A stretch of DNA of 64,000 nt from Octopus sinensis (taxonomy: Eukaryota). The position numbers and the translations under genes are program-made. Within the stretch, counting starts at the first letter, position 1. Each line of letters starts with the position of its first letter. The notes beneath the pieces were generated by a model. It was not told the origin of the DNA. It saw only the letters and a program-made list of their open reading frames with translations, and did no database searches. The DNA is taken from positions 51,584,001-51,648,000 of the forward strand of contig NC_043006.1 of the NCBI RefSeq assembly GCF_006345805.1, in the 5' to 3' direction. Of this stretch, positions 62,001-64,000 are shown piece after piece.

Positions 62001-63585
62001 GTCACATTCTATGACATGCTGAATCTCCCTAAGAACTACGTTAAGGGTACGCGTGTTTGTGGAGCACTCAGCCATTTGCACATTAATTTCATGAGCAGGC
62101 TGTTCCATTGATCGGATCAACTGGAACCCTTGTTGTTGTAACTGATGGAATGCCAGTTACCAGTTGGGTAACTTAAATATATTACAGCCTCAGTTTATCA
62201 GGAACAAGTTTTGGGAACAGTTTGGGACCAAAATAAGCTCAATTATTTAAAACTTTTAATACCGACCCACCTGTGTTTGTCATTGGAGGTATGATACAAA
62301 ACTGTCAATTTTAAAATATTTATATTTAAATTGAATCTTCTTAGTTTAATCTAAGAACCTTTTGCTATGTCGAAATACCAACCTAATAATGGATTATTCA
62401 GAAATATTTTTTTTATTTGCCAAGTCTGGGAAGAAAGTGTCATGCCCATAACTCTTCCATGTGTTCTGAGATGTATAAGATTAATAACATTGATGACTGT
62501 AGGGAAGATATGCACAAGGAGAGAATTCCAAAGAGCTGACATTCTGGGAAAGAAGGACTGGACATAATAGTTTGTACAGGACTTAGGGGATGGACACATT
62601 ATGGGGATGGTCTCATCTGTTCAAAACTGAGTGTTGCTAGACATGATGTGCAAGAGAAAAAGTGTGAGGGCATTGGTGAAGTGTGGGTTAAAGAGAAGGT
62701 TCTTTAGAATAAAAATTAAAATGTTCTCAGATTACTTCTTGCTGAAGTTTACTATGACAGAGTTAAGATGACCAGGTAACAGAACTGTTTGTGTGCTAAG
62801 TGCCCTTAAGCCAAAGTATGATGCAGCTAACTGGTTCATGAAAAGCAGTGCTATGGTTGTTGTTTAACCTCAGTTCAGCTTTCCCCAAGCAGATAGATTA
62901 TCAAATACTCAGACATATGATTAAATGCTCATTATTTAAACATAGTCTGTCTAGGATCACATTTTCCATTATGTTTGTCATTATCTAAGATTTTGTAATA
63001 TGATTTAATGAATATTTGGCTACTATTTCTAGCAAGACATGTAAGCATACAAGGGATCTGTACTTGGATTATGTGTAGAAGTTTCTGTGTTGGCTTAAAT
63101 AGAGTTTGTTACAGTAAGATTAAAAGAAGCAGAGGATAGAGTTAGATGGAAGTGGAAATATTATCTAATACAGAAGAGATTCCATTATTTATAGAGGCAC
63201 AAGGTGGCAAAATAGTTAAAGCATCAGAAAATAAAAATACACAGTGATATTTTTTATGGCTGTTCACATTCTGAGTTCAAATCCTGCCATGGTCAGCTCT
63301 GTCTTTTATCTTTCCAGGGTTGATAAAACTAGGGTTGATTTAATCAAACCCTCCCCACAAATTTCTGGCATTGTTCATTTATAGATGCTAAAGCAACTCT
63401 CCTTTAAACTGAAAACTATGAAGGACAGAAAATAAACACTATACCTGGTTCCACTGCAAAGGGTGAATCTGCAGAAATGCTAGTATGATGAATTCCAGTT
63501 TTCAACAAAAGATACTTACTCTTTTACTTTTTTCAGTGTTGGAGCTTTCATAAGTGATTCTGATTGTTCTGGGTCCAAGTCATTC
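45259..63585 (-). CDS. CFAP119: CFAP119/CCDC189-family protein, copy B, 5'-partial (exons 3-9); join(63585..63520, 61241..61072, 58187..58117, 54863..54747, 51499..51442, 49324..49223, 45509..45259)
   Basis: Seven GT-AG exons with the same phases as copy A and an open frame: (W)NDLDPEQ...ILAEIFKLTN...ESPFGNLDDTFNFFKDILLHHSVS|RPPYSTELF...[17 protein letters not shown]|VQLDLALNY...[22 protein letters not shown]...SSYY*. Confidence 0.92.
47150..48170. repeat. Cluster of Penelope-type terminal fragments separated by (TA)n; includes two hairpins and decayed hammerheads (47200-47240, about 47399-47445)
   Basis: Minus 47240-47200 reads ..TTGAAAA-AGTC(TCAAT)GACT-GAAA-CCGG-TA-CTGAA. Hairpins at 47673-47804 and 47980-48152. 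Confidence 0.75.
48530..49134 (-). mobile_element. CR1/L2-group LINE 3' end
   Basis: LYIAMVQPHLEFASPVWNPY..DINCLETVQ..ATKRIP..LPYSECL..LG; a second tail at 49445-49700 and a related fragment at 62350-62660. Confidence 0.88.
49223..49324 (-). CDS. CFAP119: CFAP119 copy B exon 8
   Basis: 102 nt, aag/GTATGT; an in-frame alternative acceptor 9 nt upstream (exon start 49333) is possible. Confidence 0.83.
50010..50422 (+). mobile_element. SINE family A, full length
   Basis: GGCGCAGGAGTGGCTGTGTGG A-box, GGTTCAGTCC B-box, CORE-like TTGGGCAAGT, (AAAGAGT) tail. Confidence 0.93.
51442..51499 (-). CDS. CFAP119: CFAP119 copy B exon 7
   Basis: 58 nt, cag/GTAAGG; VQLDLALNYIGESESMTSQ. Confidence 0.93.
52265..52580 (+). 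mobile_element. Mariner transposase C-terminal fragment plus right TIR
   Basis: FPHLPYLPDLSPTDFQLFLKMKRQLKGHRF resembles HPPYSPDLAPxDF; ends GAACTTTTTGATACCACCTTGTA. Confidence 0.82.
52915..52977. repeat. (TA)n microsatellite; other long tracts at about 1246, 3810, 13150, 14229, 26740, 29890, 38495, 39020 and 48145
   Basis: Read directly. Confidence 0.95.
52977..53501 (-). mobile_element. 400-bp retrozyme/pLTR-like unit with 125-bp direct terminal repeats
   Basis: 52977-53101 equals 53377-53501 (1 mismatch); bounded by (TA)n on both sides; contains a hammerhead. Confidence 0.8.
53148..53221 (-). ncRNA. Type-I hammerhead motif with long stem II (U4C; A at 10.1)
   Basis: CTCTTA-CCGATGA-[ATTC..AGTAAT..ATTACT..GAAC]-GAAA-CTGCAG-TC-TAAGAG: 6-bp stem I, palindromic stem III, GUC site. 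Confidence 0.72.
54072..54114 (+). ncRNA. Minimal hammerhead motif in an older copy of the 12890-13090 terminal repeat
   Basis: GTCA-CTGAAGA-A-GTCACA(GGATG)TATGAC-GAAA-G(AT)T-TC-AGAC; intact core. Confidence 0.68.
54747..54863 (-). CDS. CFAP119: CFAP119 copy B exon 6
   Basis: 117 nt; RPPYS...[17 protein letters not shown]. Confidence 0.95.
54951..55334 (-). mobile_element. SINE family A
   Basis: Matches the family consensus. Confidence 0.9.
56741..57930 (+). mobile_element. Mariner element, same family as 9305-10578, with a 3' internal deletion
   Basis: TA-TTGGGTCATCCCATAAAT...ATTTATGGGATGACCCAA-TA; [18 protein letters not shown].., WVPHKL, IVTGDEKW. Confidence 0.93.
58117..58187 (-). CDS. 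CFAP119: CFAP119 copy B exon 5
   Basis: 71 nt, ttttcag/GTAAGT; (E)SPFGNLDDTFNFFKDILLHHSVS. Confidence 0.93.
59130..60840 (-). repeat. RTE 3'-UTR copy expanded into nested tandem arrays (62-bp units)
   Basis: Units start at 59305, 59367, 59429, 59491 and 59554; a second 62-bp unit starts at 60622, 60684 and 60746; blocks of about 300 bp are re-duplicated between them. Confidence 0.88.
61072..61241 (-). CDS. CFAP119: CFAP119 copy B exon 4
   Basis: 170 nt (one codon longer than copy A), ttttag/GTAAGT. Confidence 0.93.
63520..63585 (-). CDS. CFAP119: CFAP119 copy B exon 3
   Basis: 66 nt, cag/GTAAGT. Confidence 0.92.
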
Positions 63586-64000
63586 CTGTGGTTATTTCAA
63601 CATAGGCAACAAAAGACAAAAGTGAGAAAAATTAAATATATATCTCATGAAGTTTCAAACCATTCCATTCACACATAGAATCATTTATTATAAAAACAAA
63701 TTCTCTCTCCTAAAATATTATTTGAATAAGTTGGACAAGTAAATTTTTTATATCACTAAATGTAGGAGAAATAAAAATAAAGACAGGTTTACATATTAGT
63801 TCTTATGTACATTTCACTATTATGGTTGCTTGGAACCTGCATTCCAAGCACATATGGATGCTTAACCAGAATGGATCATCAAGGAACTTTATTACATTGT
63901 TACAGTGAACTAATGTCAAGAGATGGATAGATGGAGAGGCAGTAATTACCTAACTACCATACTGGTAGCAGACTGGAATATGATAAACTACATGGAACTC

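Overview
AT-rich, microsatellite- and transposon-dense eukaryotic DNA. The repeat landscape (tRNA/CORE-type SINEs, RTE tails, Penelope fragments) points to an octopus/coleoid genome; this is an inference. Hidden in the repeats, and missed by the ORF track, are two head-to-tail paralogues of the axonemal gene CFAP119/CCDC189 on the minus strand. Copy A is complete: 9 exons, 35576->6380, 831-nt CDS, 276 aa. Copy B has exons 3-9 in the window (63585->45259); its exons 1-2 lie beyond 64000. All shared splice sites and phases match, and the introns still align in patches. The proteins are only about 67% identical over exons 3-7, and divergence is very uneven between exons. Introns and intergenic DNA contain mariner/Tc1/maT/hAT/pogo/piggyBac-type elements, RTE/CR1 relics, a gypsy relic and SINEs. 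They also contain an unusually dense set of Penelope-like terminal fragments: at least nine minimal type-I hammerhead-ribozyme motifs, a 400-bp retrozyme-like unit with 125-bp direct repeats, and several long fold-back hairpins inside the pre-mRNAs. All alignments, counts and RNA folds were done by eye; no database search was run.
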